Shown one piece after another: positions 12,424-25,300 of a DNA stretch of 64,000 nt. The stretch's first letter is position 1, and every line of letters starts with the position of its first letter. Below the pieces are notes generated by a model. The model searched no databases. It was not told the origin of the DNA and was given only the letters and a program-made list of their open reading frames with translations. Made by a program: the position numbers and the translations under genes. This DNA comes from Azolla caroliniana (Eukaryota; Plantae; Polypodiophyta), in assembly GCA_043228905.1 (NCBI GenBank), contig JBHGNT010000013.1:11346001-11410000 (forward strand), read 5' to 3'.

Positions 12424-14263
12424 TGTAAACGATTACTTATGGAAGCGTTAGAAAAACAGAGAAATTAGGGAATACACAGAGTACCCGGGAGAGACAGAGA
12501 GAGCAAAACCTCAAAGTTATATTCAAAAATATATAAATCACTCTGTACATACAACTATGCTGAGTAGCATCATTTATACAAGTCCTCGTGGGACTGACAA
12601 AAGTACCGCGTACTTCAATACTCACACGAGCATCTGACACTTACTACGAGACTATAATTGCCTAGTAGTCTACACTAATACTAGGCTTCCGGTTACTAAT
12701 TGGATCCAGCTAATCAGCTCCCCAGCTCACTGGCTCTATTGCTTGCTGGCTCGGTTGCTCACAGCTTACCGATCCGTCTCGCTTGCCGGCTCAGGCTTAT
12801 TCAGCCGATCCGGCTCCAGTTGAGCTTGCCGCTCAACACTCCCCCTCAAGCTCAACTTGAGGTTGGATCTTAGTGTTAGTCTCTGTGGCAGTCGATACTT
12901 CCAACCGACTTCTCTTGGCGTCGCTTCGCCTTGCTCGCGCTCCTCGTCCGGTCCGGTTCCGTTTTCCGTGACCCTTCTGGTTCTGTGCGCCTCGACCTTC
13001 TTGGTCGGCATGTCTGCTCAATAGGCCCCTCTTAGCTCCTTCGCTGTTATGACTCCAGCGCTTGCCGATCCGTCGATTCCTCCACAATGGCATTGACTTC
13101 CGCTGCATCTGTGTCTACTTGGCCTTGAATTGATCCGGTTCTTCCGAATCTGTCTTTTGAACCGAATCGACTATCTTCGATTCGTTCAAGCTCTTGTCCA
13201 AATCGGTTGCTCCCGATTCTTCTTCTGGTTCCAAGCCCATTACCACATCGGACCATGTCCGGGTCTTGGCCTTCTTCCTTCGGTCAGCTTTGTCCTTCTT
13301 GACTCTGCCGCCTTTTGTTCTTCCCTCACCGGCGCAATCGGTAGTCTCTTTGCCTTTGCCTGTTCCGGTGTCTTTGCCCGTTCTCCCCCTCATGTGTGGC
13401 ACGTCGAGATGCTGAACACCAAGCATTTCGGTGAAGTGCTGCAACTTGTCCGATCCGAGCGGCTTGGTGAAGATGTCGGCTACTTGCCGATCCGTTGTGA
13501 AGAATTTTGGCCAGAGGCGGAAACCGGGAAACATTGGCTACATCGGCGGGGTGCTGCGTCTGTACGCACCCGTGTACATTTAGTGTGAATATCGAGGGCG
13601 CCTTTATGGCGCCGAAGAGTAGTCAAGTCGGGGACAAACGATCCCATGTAAGTCGGGATTGTCCCACATTGTAACGCATCCCCTTCCTTGTTCTATAAAA
13701 GGAAGGGAACGCCCTTTGTGTAACGGTTGCCCATTTTGCATTAGAGGGTATACCGTTAGGTTTAGAGTTAGGTTCTTCTTCTTCTTCTTCTCCTTCTTCG
13801 TGTTTTGCTTAGGGTTTGCTTTGGTTCGGCCTCCTGTGCAAGACACCGTTCGGCGCAACGAGCTGAGAGCTCCCCGACGGCGGCTTGACAATAGACGACT
13901 ACTGTAACCTACCTTAGTCCGGCTCGACGCCGGGAATGTATTCTTCCCTTTATATGTATATATATATATACGTTTGTCTGTGTATATTCGCGTCGTTGTT
14001 GGCGTCGGGTGCCTACCCTTTCCTGCGTTTTCTGTACATAAGGCGTGAGTCGGGTTGGGCTGTGTGTGCGTGTGCATGTGTGGGTGTGCGTGGGTCAGTG
14101 TTAAGCACGCTCTCTCTCTCTCTCTCCCTTCGGTTGCTTCCGGTGTGCTTCTGGGATGCCCCGGAAATAGTGAAGCACGACTTCCTACGCTCCGTCGCTC
14201 CCTAGTCCAAGACCCCCGTGGTCTCGCCTTTCCCCACGCACGCGCGTAACAACGTGACATATT

Positions 14264-14280
14264 TGGTGAACCCGACGTGA
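14264..14280 (+). promoter_or_regulatory. Primer-binding site complementary to the tRNA-Trp 3' end
   Basis: TGGTGAACCCGACGTGA is the reverse complement of the plant tRNA-Trp end ..TCACGTCGGGTTCACCA. Confidence 0.8.
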
Positions 14281-14296
14281 AAGGCGGCAAGGGAGG

Positions 14297-15715
14297 ATGG
14301 AGTCGGAAGACGACGACCTTGCGGAGATGGTGGCCGAAGTGGTGTTGGAGTCGGCACAAGTGGTGATGAGGCGAGAAGCAGCGCAACAAGCGGTTGAGCG
14401 AGTGGTCGAAAGAGTCGGCCGTTTCAACGGGGACAAAGTCCCATCTTACTTGGAAGCCTTCAACGCAGAAATGGAGGGGCGTGGCGTAGACGAGGCGTTG
14501 AGGCTGGAGTTCTTCTGTCGGGTCGTAGCGGTCCGGATGCATGCGGAAGTAAAGGAGCTCCGTGAGGCTCATGGTTCGTGGGAGGCCTTCGAAGAGGCGC
14601 TCCTGAAGGCATACGGAGGACGGCGGAAGAGTCGGGGACGACACGACTTCGACCAATGGGTAGCATCGGCAAAGACCCACCGGGGCTCGACGAAGGCGTT
14701 CCGAGAGTTCGAGCGACGACTTGCTCGGCTCCCAGAGCGGGAACAAGGTTTGGTGGGGGCGGACAAAGTCCTTTTGTTCGTCAGGTTGATTGACCGAGCG
14801 GAACGGGAAGCCATCGGGATTGAGCTCGAAGACGATGATGGAGCGAATGGGCTTACGGAGGACTGGTCGAAGGTCGGAAGGGTGTGCCAACGGCTAGATG
14901 ATGAGCAAGCCGAGAGGGCTAAGAGGAAGGGACGCGACGGCGTGCCATCACAACGGGAAGAGGCCAAACGGCAAAGAGAGTCGGCAAGGGTCAGCGTTGG
15001 GGCCAGGATTGCGGAGGCGTATGAAGCTCTCAAAGCGATGCTCGAGGAAGAAGGAAGATCGAGGCCGGAAGCCGAGACCAAGGAGACGGACTTGCCCCAC
15101 GCGACGGCGGAAGATCAGTACGTCAGTACCACGGGTGAGGGTGTGGAACGAAACGCCCTCTCGACTTGCGGAGAGAGAACGGCCAAGGACAAGGCCGAGA
15201 TACAAATCGCGGAACCGGAACGTTGGGACCAACGGTTTCGGGCGTGTCAGCCCGAGATCCCGGTCATTGAAGAAGCAAGCCCAGACGGGGCTTGCGCGAT
15301 CGGTAAGAAGTCGACCACCGACCACGGAGAGCCGGTGGCTACGGACAAGGGCGTAAAACGGACGAGCGATTCCTTGTGTCTTCCCACACTTGCTCCCGAG
15401 ACGATGGTAGTCGGGCCCGAGTGCCCACGTGAATCCCAAGCGGAGGAAGGCGGCGGCGAAGGGCCAAGAATCACCGGCGAGACGATACGGGGAAGGAGCG
15501 GACGAAAGCCCACGAACCCGATTCCGGAGAACTCGGCATTCAGGCCCGTATGCCCATGTAAGACCGAGGAGATGGATGGCAGTACCGAGGAGTCCTTGCA
15601 CGATGCCGGCGAAGACGGATGGGAAACGGCCTGCGAGAAGGCCAGGGACGGACACGACACAATGAGATCGGCATTCCGATACGGAAGGAGCGTAATCCGG
15701 TCGTGGATTGTTTGA
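14297..15715 (+). CDS. Gag-like protein of N1 (472 aa; capsid-like N-terminus, low-complexity C-terminus)
   Basis: VGRFNGDKVPSYLEAFNAEM..SWEAFEEALLKAYG; starts just after the PBS. Confidence 0.65.
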   Translation: MESEDDDLAEMVAEVVLESAQVVMRREAAQQAVERVVERVGRFNGDKVPSYLEAFNAEMEGRGVDEALRLEFFCRVVAVRMHAEVKELREAHGSWEAFEEALLKAYGGRRKSRGRHDFDQWVASAKTHRGSTKAFREFERRLARLPEREQGLVGADKVLLFVRLIDRAEREAIGIELEDDDGANGLTEDWSKVGRVCQRLDDEQAERAKRKGRDGVPSQREEAKRQRESARVSVGARIAEAYEALKAMLEEEGRSRPEAETKETDLPHATAEDQYVSTTGEGVERNALSTCGERTAKDKAEIQIAEPERWDQRFRACQPEIPVIEEASPDGACAIGKKSTTDHGEPVATDKGVKRTSDSLCLPTLAPETMVVGPECPRESQAEEGGGEGPRITGETIRGRSGRKPTNPIPENSAFRPVCPCKTEEMDGSTEESLHDAGEDGWETACEKARDGHDTMRSAFRYGRSVIRSWIV

Positions 15716-16135
15716 TCGGGGCCGGACTCGGCATAAAGGTGCCGATACGGGAGAGGGTGCGGGACGAGCCGCCCTCTTTTACATGGGGAGAAAGACCGAC
15801 CGGGCGAAGGTCGAGATTTGGAAAGAGAATGAAGCCAGTCCTATGGGATTCCTTACACCGATCCGGCTGCAGGCCCGAGTGTTGGCGTGAGTCCTATAAG
15901 AGAAGACGGTGGCGACAGGAGAACGGGACTCGGCAATTCGGAGAAGGACGAACGGACCCGGACGAGAACCGGGCGGAGCGGACTCTCAGATGACCATTCC
16001 GGGAGGGAGGAAGAGAGCAGGCCTACGAAGAGGCCGAGGACACGGTACGTCGGTACCACGGGAGAGGGTGCGGAGTAAACCACCCTCTCGGCATGCGGAA
16101 AAGGACGACCCGGGACAGGGTCGGGAATACAAATG

Positions 16136-16645
16136 GGCGGCCTACGGAGGATCCTCCACACCGGTTCTAGAGACTTCGGTAGTCGGCAACGCGGTCGACA
16201 TAAGACCAAGATACTGACGGTGGCGGCGAGGTGACGAAGGCAAGGGCTACGGATCGGCGGCCTACGAAGGATCCTTCACACCAGTTCTAGAGACTTCGGC
16301 AGTCGGCAACGCGGTCGACATAAGACCAAGATACTGACGGTGGCGGCGAGGTGACGAAGGCTATGGGCGTAAGGAAGTCCGGTCCTACGGGATCCCCACA
16401 CCAACCAGAGACTCCGGCTGTTCGGCCAATGTGGCAACGTAAGACCGAGGGAGAAGGAAGGTGACGGCGGGAAACGGGACCCGACTACGCGGAAGACACG
16501 AGGAGAGTCCGGGAGGGACTCAAACAAAGACACCCGAGTTTCGGCAAGCATAGAAACGGAGTCCGGTCCTATGGGACCCTCACACCGATCCGGAGACTCC
16601 GGCTGTTCGGCCAACGTGGCAACGTAAGACCGAGGGAGAAGGACG
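16136..16645 (+). repeat. Tandem repeats inside N1 (120-bp unit twice, plus diverged copies)
   Basis: cctacg..cacacc.gttctagagacttcgg..gtcgacataagaccaagatactgacggtggcggcg at 16141 and 16261; diverged copies near 16385 and 16567. Confidence 0.8.
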
Positions 16646-19600
16646 GTGGCGGCAGGGAACAGGACCCGACGACACAAGGGAGGTGCCGGGAACGAGGTGA
16701 CCAAGTGCCTAGTGGACTGCACAAGGTCGGAGTCAGGGAATGGCAAGAGAGGCCGGAGGAGGATCCTCCACACTCGCTTCGTAGATCTCGGTAGCTCTGT
16801 TGAAGTAGCGAAGACTGACACGGCAAGCCCGGGGTGACAAGCTGGTGGGGGTGAGGGGACGACGGCAAGCGGAAGACTCAGGACTTATCGTGGCAGCACG
16901 AAGACGGGAAGGGCCAAGCGGGCTACTACGGGGTGTTCCTCGGATGCAAAGGACACCGGTATGAGGGTAAACGACGATGCACGATTTGCCCAAAAAGGGG
17001 GCCGACGAGGCGTGCAATAAACTGGAGTGCGACACGGGCGGTGCCAAACAACGGGCGAGGGAACATGGCACACGGAGGTGCCGAAGCGGAAAGGCGAGCG
17101 CGGGAATAGGTTGCGCGATTCGGAGGTAGCGCGGGGAAGGGACCCTCCACACCGTTCCGGAGACCATGGCGGTTCGAGCCGACGCGGCGACGTAAGACCA
17201 TGGAGAAGGAAGGTGGCGGCGAGAGGACGAGGGCAACGCGAAACGACATGGGACGACAACGCGAATGATCAACGGAGGCCAAGCGGGCCACTACGGGCAT
17301 GCCTCGAGCGGGGGACATCGGGCCTACGGCGGGAAGCGGGGCGTTCATACGGCCGAACGAGGGCCAACGGAAGTACGAGTACTACGAAAATCGCGGCAGA
17401 GGACCCATCGGCGGGTCGAACGAGCGTACGGGGAGGCGTGCGCGAAGGAAGACTCGGAGCCGACGGATCAAACCGGCAGCGACCCGAGATGCGGATCACG
17501 GGAAACCGGTTTCTCGCCGGCCGAAATCTCTCACCCTTCAACCAGATTTGGCACGTACCGGTGGACGTGCAGTTAGGTGGGGGTGGATGTTGTGAAGAAT
17601 TTCGGCCAGAGGCGGAAACCGGGAAACATTGGCTACATCGACGGGGTGCTGCGTGTGTACGCACCCGTGTACATTTAGTGTGAATATCGAGGGCGCCTTT
17701 ATGGCACCGAAGAGTAGTCAAGTCAGGGACAGACGATCCCATGTAAGTCGGGATTGTCCCACATTGTAACGCATCCCCTAAGGAAGGGAACGCCCTTTGT
17801 GTAACGGTTGCCCATTTTGCATTAGAGGGTATAGCGTTAGGTTTAGAGTTAGGTTCTTCTTCTTCTTCTTCTCCTTCTTCGTGTTTTGCTTAGGGTTTGC
17901 TTTGGTTCGGCCTCTTGTGCAAGACCCCGCTCGGCGCGACGAGCTGAGAGCTCCCTGATGGCGGCTTGACAACAGACGACTACTGTAACCTACCTCAGTC
18001 CGGTTCGACGCCGGGAATGTATTCTTCCCTTTATATGTATATATATATATACGTTTGTCTGTGTATATTCGCGTCGTTGTTGGCGTCGGGTGCCTACCCT
18101 TTCCTGCGTTTTCCGTACATAAGGCGTGAGTCGGGTTGGGCTGTGTGTGCGTGTGCGTGTGTGTGTGTGCGTGGGTCAGTGTTAAGCACGCTCTCTCTCT
18201 CTCTCCCTTCGGTTGCTTCTGGTGTGCTTCTGGGATGCCCCGGAAACAGTGAAGCACGACTTCCTACGCTCCGTCGCTCCCTAGTCCAAGACCCCCGTGG
18301 TCCCGTCTTTCCCCACGCACGCGCGTAACAACGCGACACCGTGTGAACTTACCGTAGTTCAACTTCACCGCTCAGGACCTGCTCACGCACAAAGTGATAA
18401 TGCACTTCTATGTGCTTCGTGTCAGCATGGAACACAGGGTTGTTGGCGAGTTGCATGCTGCTTATGTTGTCGCAGTAGACCAGAATCAGGGTCGGTACCT
18501 CAATCCGTAAGTCTTGCAACAGTCACCGAAGCCAGATGGCTTCACGGGTGGCAATGGTAGCGCCCCGATACTCATCCTCAGTGCTCGACAAAGCAACTGT
18601 TGGTTGCTTTTTGCTACTCCATGCAACAACCGTGCTACCTAGGGAAAACATGTAACCGGAGGTTGATCGGCGATCTGATGCATCGCCGGCCCAATCGGCA
18701 TCCGTGTAACCGACGACCTCTTCGGGTATACCGCGCCGGTATAACAATCCTCGGTCCTTCGTGCCGCTGACATACCGCAATATCCTTTGCGCGCACTGAA
18801 GGTGCTCCACGGTCGGCTTCTGCATGAACTGACTTATCATTCCGACCGGATAGCTGATGTCGGGTCGTGTGATAGTCAAGTAAATAAGGCTTCCGACAAT
18901 TTGTCGGAACCGTTGCTCGTTGCAGGCTAGTCCAAAGTTGGGACGAAGCTTCTGGTTCCGGTCCAAGGGCGTGGAGACAGGTCAGCATTCTGTCATGCCG
19001 AACTTGTACAGCATATTCAAGACGTAATGTCGTTGTGAGAGCAATATGCCGTCCGGGGTTCGGATCACCTTGATCCCTAGAAAATAATGAAGGTCCCCCA
19101 GATCCTTCATCTCAAATGCGTCTGACAACTGGGACTTGACGCGGTTGATTTCTGGAACTCCTGGTCCGGTGATGACTAGATCATCAACATACAACAGTAT
19201 ACATACCGGACTGGCTGAGTCTTGCCGGATGAACAATGAAGAGTCTGATTTGGAGGCCACAAACCCCATCTTACGCAACCGGTGCGTGATCTTCGCATTC
19301 CAAGCTCGAGGGGCTTGCTTCAGGCCGTACAACGACTTCTTCAGCCGGCATACCACCGACTTGTTCATCTCTGATTCAAAGCTAGGGGGCTGAGTCATAA
19401 AGACTTCTTCTTCAAGATCACCCTGAAGAAACGCATTCTTCACATCCATCTGGTGAAGATGCCACCCCCTTGCTGCAGCAACTGCCAGCACCACACGAAC
19501 CGTCGTCATCTTCGTTACCGGAGCGAAGGTCTCGTCGTAGTCGATTCTGTGGGTCTGCACGTATCCCTTCGCCACTAACCGGGCTTTATACCGGTTAATA

Positions 19601-21504
19601 GAACCGTCGGCGTTGTACTTTACCTTGTATATCCACTTGCATCCGATCGGTTTATAGTGACTAGGAGGGTCAACCAGGTCCCATGTCTTGTTGACATCAA
19701 GTGCCCGCATTTCTTCTTCCATAGCGGCACGCCAATTTGCGTCCTTGGCCGCTTCTGCGTAGCTCTCCAGCTCACGCACTTCCGCCACCTTAGTCATGTA
19801 CGCATAGTGATGCGCCATTTGCTCATTGTACCCGTACCACTTGACAGGATCCTTTTGGCGGGTGAACTGGCATAACTCACTGTTACCCGGTTTGAGGCCC
19901 TTCTTGGTCGGTTCGGTCTTCGTTGCCGAGGATCCGCCTTTCTCCTTGCCGGAGTCAGATGCACATTGATCCGACTCATCGTTGCCGATTTCGAATTCCG
20001 ACATCTTCTTCTTCCCCTTCTCTTTGTGCGTGAACCGTCTCCTCGGTTCCTTGCGCGGGGAGTACATGGCAGAGTCTCCACTACTCGCCGGTTCCTCATC
20101 GGACTGGTCAGATTGACACAATCTCTCATTCGGCCCACTCAACCGGAATGATTCCGGACTCTCATCTTGAGTCCACGCTTCATCATCCTCTACCTGGGCC
20201 GGTTCAGGATCACTAGCCTCATTCACCGGCATCGGGTCAGATTCGGAAGTCGGAGTCGGTAAGGAGTACCATGATGCCGATTCATCAAACTCGACATCTT
20301 GACTAACTTGGACCTGCTTTGTCCGGGGGTTATAGCACTTATAACCCTTTTGCTCTTTAGCATAGCCGACTAGGATGCATTTTTCCGATTTTGCATCTAG
20401 CTTCCTCTGCTTCTCATCCGGTACATGCACAAATGCAATGCTACCGAAGATCTTAAGGTGTCTCAAATTCGGCTTCCGCCCGAAATACAGCTCGTGAGCT
20501 GACACCTTGTCATCGATCTGGTTCTGGATGTAGACAACCGTTCGGACTGCCTCCTCCCAGTAGAATTTGGGCATGCTCTTCTCCTCCAACATTGCCCTTG
20601 CCGCATCGATAAGCGACTGGTTCTTCCTCTCGGCAACACAGTTCTGTTGTGGTGTGTATCTGCAGCTGAACTCTTGCCGAATACCCGTTTGCTGCAGATA
20701 ATTGTTGAATTGGCCGGAAAAGTATTCATTCCCACCATCTGACCACATGCATTTGATCTTCCTCTCTGATTCCCGTTCCACCATGCTTTGGAGACTCCGG
20801 AAACACTCGAAGACTTCACTCTTGCGCTCAATGAGGTAGATCCATGTGTGCCGCGTATAGTCGTCGATGAAGGAGACGAAATATCGACTCCCGCCAAGAC
20901 TAACACTCTGTGCCGGTCCCCACACATCCGAATGGATTAGGTTGAGCTTGTTACGGCTCCGGTTTCATTCGGTAGGAAATGGAAGCCGGTGTTGTTTCCC
21001 GAGTTGGTAGGCTTCACATACTTGGGCCTTCCGGCCGCTGAACTTCGACAAACCGAAAACAACTTGTTTCGTTTGCAAGTCTTGAAGCCTCCGGTAATTG
21101 ACGTGGCCTATCCGCTTGTGCCACAGGTCGATGTCCGATTCGACCTTCTGTCCTTTTGCAAATAGAGCAGTGCCAACGTCATTGGTGTCGAGGATAAACA
21201 TCCTCCCGTCTCTGCGCCCTTGCACAATAATCTGGCCCTCTTCCTCGATGAAGCACCCAAGGTGTGTAAACCGCACCTGCATCCCCTGGTCGACGATCTG
21301 TCCTACCGACACCAGGTTCTTCGTGATTGTCGGAACGTGTAATACGTTCATCAGCTTCCCCTTCTGTTCGACGTGGCTCAAAGGGACTTCTCCGACATGC
21401 ACGATTGGGTAAGGAGTGTCTTCTCCGGTTTCGACTACTCCTGGTTGATTCGGTTTTTCCAAAAAGGAGAACCACTCTTTGTGGCTCGTCATGTGGTTCG
21501 ACGC

Positions 21505-24500
21505 TATCGTGACGTGGCTCGCCTAGAAGCGTAGCGTTGCGCACACAAAGGATAACGTGAAAGTGAGGAAGGAATCACTGGGATTATGGACGGAAGAGAC
21601 GAAAGAGTAGAGATGGAGTGAATAGAGATCAATAACATATGACAAAATAGGATTTTAAGGAATATAAGATACGACAAGATAAGATATAAAATAATATATG
21701 AGAAAGTGTATGAAATTTATAATCATTTTCATGAAAGAGTTACAAAATGATTGTGCACGTCGTTGAACCTCCAAACTTTGTCTTGCAAGGTAATCGCTCT
21801 TCTCTTTCTTGATCGTAGACCACTACAATCTTCACTTCAATATTTTGATGAAGATAAGGGCTCGAACCGCCTCCCTCTTGTTGAGAGTTGACCACCACGA
21901 CCGCCAAGCTAGAGCTCCATGTTTATGTTCAACTTCTTCCCTTCTTTCTCTATTTTTATGGTATCTCTTATGTAATACATAATTTGATTGATATCTCATA
22001 CCTCTTCCCTTTTGATCTTCTCTTTCACCCTTTAAATAGGTGCCCCCATGCAGATGATGCATTGGAGGGTACAAGACATGCATGTGATGCATGATAAACA
22101 TCTCGCTCATTTGAGCTTTTATGTATGAAACAATATATGCAATAACAATAAACATGAAAATATAATCTTAAAGAGGAAGGACCTAGCCTAATGGTAGTTG
22201 TGTTGACTTTGGTGTATGAGGTTGTGGGTTTGAGCTCAAAATACTATTGAATACAACATACAACTTTATTTTTATATCATGAAGCAAATCCTTTATGTAA
22301 TATAAAGTATGCTTTACTTTATGTATATTACTAGTATAGAGTAAATGGTAAGATTTGAGAGTCATAGGGTGGGGTTATTGGTTCAAGTCCTCTCTTGTTT
22401 GTGTAATATAAAAAATATATATATATTATTTTTCTTTACATATATATCTAATATTATTATATGTGTTGTTAATATTATCTTTATATATAAAACATTATCA
22501 AATGTTATTTTAGTTACGTATTTATCTGATTGTAGACTTTTAATGTGAAGCTTTCGTACTTCACGACATCCACCCCCTCTAGACCTGCACATCCTCTGGC
22601 ATGTGCCACTATCTTTCATCTTCATGTTGATCTATTGGAGGAGGTTCAAGCTCAAACCTTTTCTTAAATACTTTTATCCTCTTTCCAGCTACCATGTTTA
22701 GGATTAGTGTCCCATCCAATTCACTAAGCTTATAAGTAAAGTTATCATATACTTTTCTTACTATATAAGGCCCAAACCATCTTTTAGCGAACTTGCGGAC
22801 GGTGCTATGTTGATTATCTAAACTGCTATCATACACGAGCACCCAATCCCCTTCTTCTATCTTCTTATGTCGAATTCTATGAGTTTTATCAAAACAAATT
22901 CTATTCTTCAATTCAGCCTCCTTCAATCGTTGTGCTGCTAATTTGACATCTTCAGGCCGATGCTCTAATTGTTGAATTTGCAAAGCCAACAATTCTTCTC
23001 TACTCAACTCTTCTCTCCATGGAATAGATGTCCATGACATAATTGATCCTTCTATTGGCATGATGGGTTTTTGGCCAAGTATCAATTCAGCTGGCATATA
23101 TCCTGTTACCGAACTATGTGTTGTCCGATCTGCCCATAGTGCATAAGGTAGCATGCGTGGCCAATCTCTTATTTTACCTTTACAGCTTTTCATGATCGCC
23201 TTAACTATTGGGCTATGTCCTCTTTCAATCTTTCCATTGGCTTTTGGATTATACGTAGTTGTAAGTGATAATTTGACCCCTATTCCGCTGAAGAATTCTC
23301 TAGCTTCATCAGTGTCGAGTTCTCCTCTATCTGCAATTATTTTACCAACACACCCGTAACGACATATTACATCTTCTAACAAAAATTTACATACAGCTCT
23401 AGTTGTTTTTTGTCGTAGTGGTCTTCCTTCTACTTGGTTTGTAAGGTCTTCTCTTGCTAGTACTAAATATCGCATTTGACCTTCCCCAAGCGACATTGTC
23501 ACTAGATCGACCATCCATTTATAATGCATTGATGATGAATATGTTGGTTTTAGCTCATCTCAATACCGGATAGTTGAATACCTCTGGCAAACCTCACAGG
23601 TTTCCACAAATTTCGTTACATCTTTATACATATGTGGCCACCAATACTTTTCTTTCAACTTCATAAATGTCGCCCATATGCCTCTATGTCCTGCCCACAA
23701 ACTATCATGGAATTCATTAATTAATTTTCTCTTAATGTCATCCTTACAAATGACTTGAAGAGGATTTTCGGTTGGCCTTTTTGGACGCCTCCATAAATGC
23801 CCTTCATGTAAAAAAAACTTGAATGCTCGTCTTCGAAATTCATTTAATTGTTTCTTCGACCATGATGGGTTGGCTTCTTGAGTCTTTAGAAAATTTCCTA
23901 TTTCTAACCATTGACCTTCATACTCCACATCTTTGAACATTATACTTACATTAAAATCATCATGAGGCTTAATAGATACTTGATGAGCAACTTGATGGCT
24001 TGTAGTTACCCAATTCTTATCTTCAGCTTGCATCACCCTTTCATTTATGAACCTTGCTCTTGACAGCATATCTGCGACTGGGTTCTCTTTGCCCTTTATA
24101 TGCCGTAATTCTGGGTTCATGGTTCTAATGTATGCAATCCACCGAAGCATTGCAATATCCGGTGTGGTGCAACTTGCTACATTTGACACCATCAACCACT
24201 ACATCTGCTCCGATCAAGTAATCTCTATCTGTTTTTAATACAGTAAGCAAACCCCACAATTCTCGTTTAACTTGCACATAGTTTCTTTGTCTTTCATTTA
24301 ATATCTTTGCTCCAAATCTGATAGCATATCGATGTTGGTCTTCATCTTCTTGGTTGATAACCCAACCGATCCCGATTGGGCTAGTATCAACTGTTACTAT
24401 AATTGGTCTTTCACCTTTATAGTCTGGTTGACGAAGAACTGGTGCTTTCAATAATGCTTCTTTCAACTGTTGAACAACTTGTGTATGTTCATCAGTCCAT

Positions 24501-25300
24501 ATAAACTTCTTCCCTTTTCTTAAAATTTGATAGAGAGGATCTGATACATGTGCAAAGTGTGGTAACCAAATATGATAAAACACACATGCACCTAAAAATC
24601 TTCTCACCTCTGTTACCGATTCGCAAACCTCCTTCATATTTTGTATTGCGTTAATTTTGATCGGTGATGGCTTCCTCCCATACCAGCCACACATATGACC
24701 AACTATCAAAACTCCGTTCTGCCCAAAGTTGACTTTGTTCTTGATAGTGTCAAATGTACCTGCTCAAGCTTATTTAAATACTTTCACAATCATTTTTGTG
24801 ATCCATCACAAACTTTCTGCAACCATTTCCAACCATAGTCTCATCTTTCTCTCTTTCTAAGCATCCCTTAATAGGAATATCATCTAAAAATGGCATAGTT
24901 ACCTTTGTGATGTATTCATGTAGAACTTTGTTCATTGCATTCATCATATGAGCAACTGAATTCGTCGCACCTTGAGGTAGAGTGCACATTCGAACCAACC
25001 CAATTGGTGTTTTCATTGTTGTGATATTGCGACTATCAATTGCTAGTTGAAATTGGTCGTATCTTGAATATAGGTCTCCCACAGAGTAAATCGCTCTTCC
25101 AGCAAACGCTTCCGCAAATTCATCAACGATCGGTTCGATTCCTGCATTTCGGATTGTGACTTTGTTGACTAGTTGTAGATCTTGAATGAATCTTAGGGAA
25201 CCATCTTTCTTTGGAATTGTGAACCATCTATTGGAGTATGGTGCATTTGAAGGCTCTAAAATCTTCATCTTGACTTTATCCTTCAACAACTCCAACAATT
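21505..25300 (-). mobile_element. Non-chromovirus Ty3/gypsy (Phygy-like) fragment: 3' LTR 21505-22568, PPT 22569-22580, INT/RNaseH/RT pieces
   Basis: RT (LPQGATNS..PFLDDI), RNaseH (IVTVDTSPIGIG), INT (KIIADRGELD; KFAKRWFGPY..VAGKRIK); LTR starts TGTCGTG in element orientation. Lineage assignment is from recall, not a search. Confidence 0.8.

Larger units (their letters stand above)
13496..18338 (+). mobile_element. Non-autonomous gypsy-type element N1: LTRs 13496-14259 and 17591-18338, gag-like ORF, no pol
   Basis: ~750-bp direct LTRs with TG..CA ends; 4-bp TSD ccgt; PBS tggtgaacccgacgtga; PPT aggtgggggtgga. Confidence 0.9.
12424..21504 (-). mobile_element. Ty1/copia element B: 3' LTR 12424-12838, PPT 12839-12850, PR-INT-RT-RNaseH fragments; 5' part lost
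   Basis: ORFs 20965..21492, 18982..20925 ([15 protein letters not shown]), 18523..18966 (YTDADW) and 13115..13534 (QVADIFTKPLG); LTR TG..CA next to the reverse complement of cttgagggggag. Confidence 0.88.

Noticed and set aside
13604-14890. 428-aa antisense ORF and other overlapping ORFs in 14.5-17.7 kb
   Set aside because: Expected in GC-rich sequence; it crosses the LTR and microsatellites and is not preserved in the second LTR
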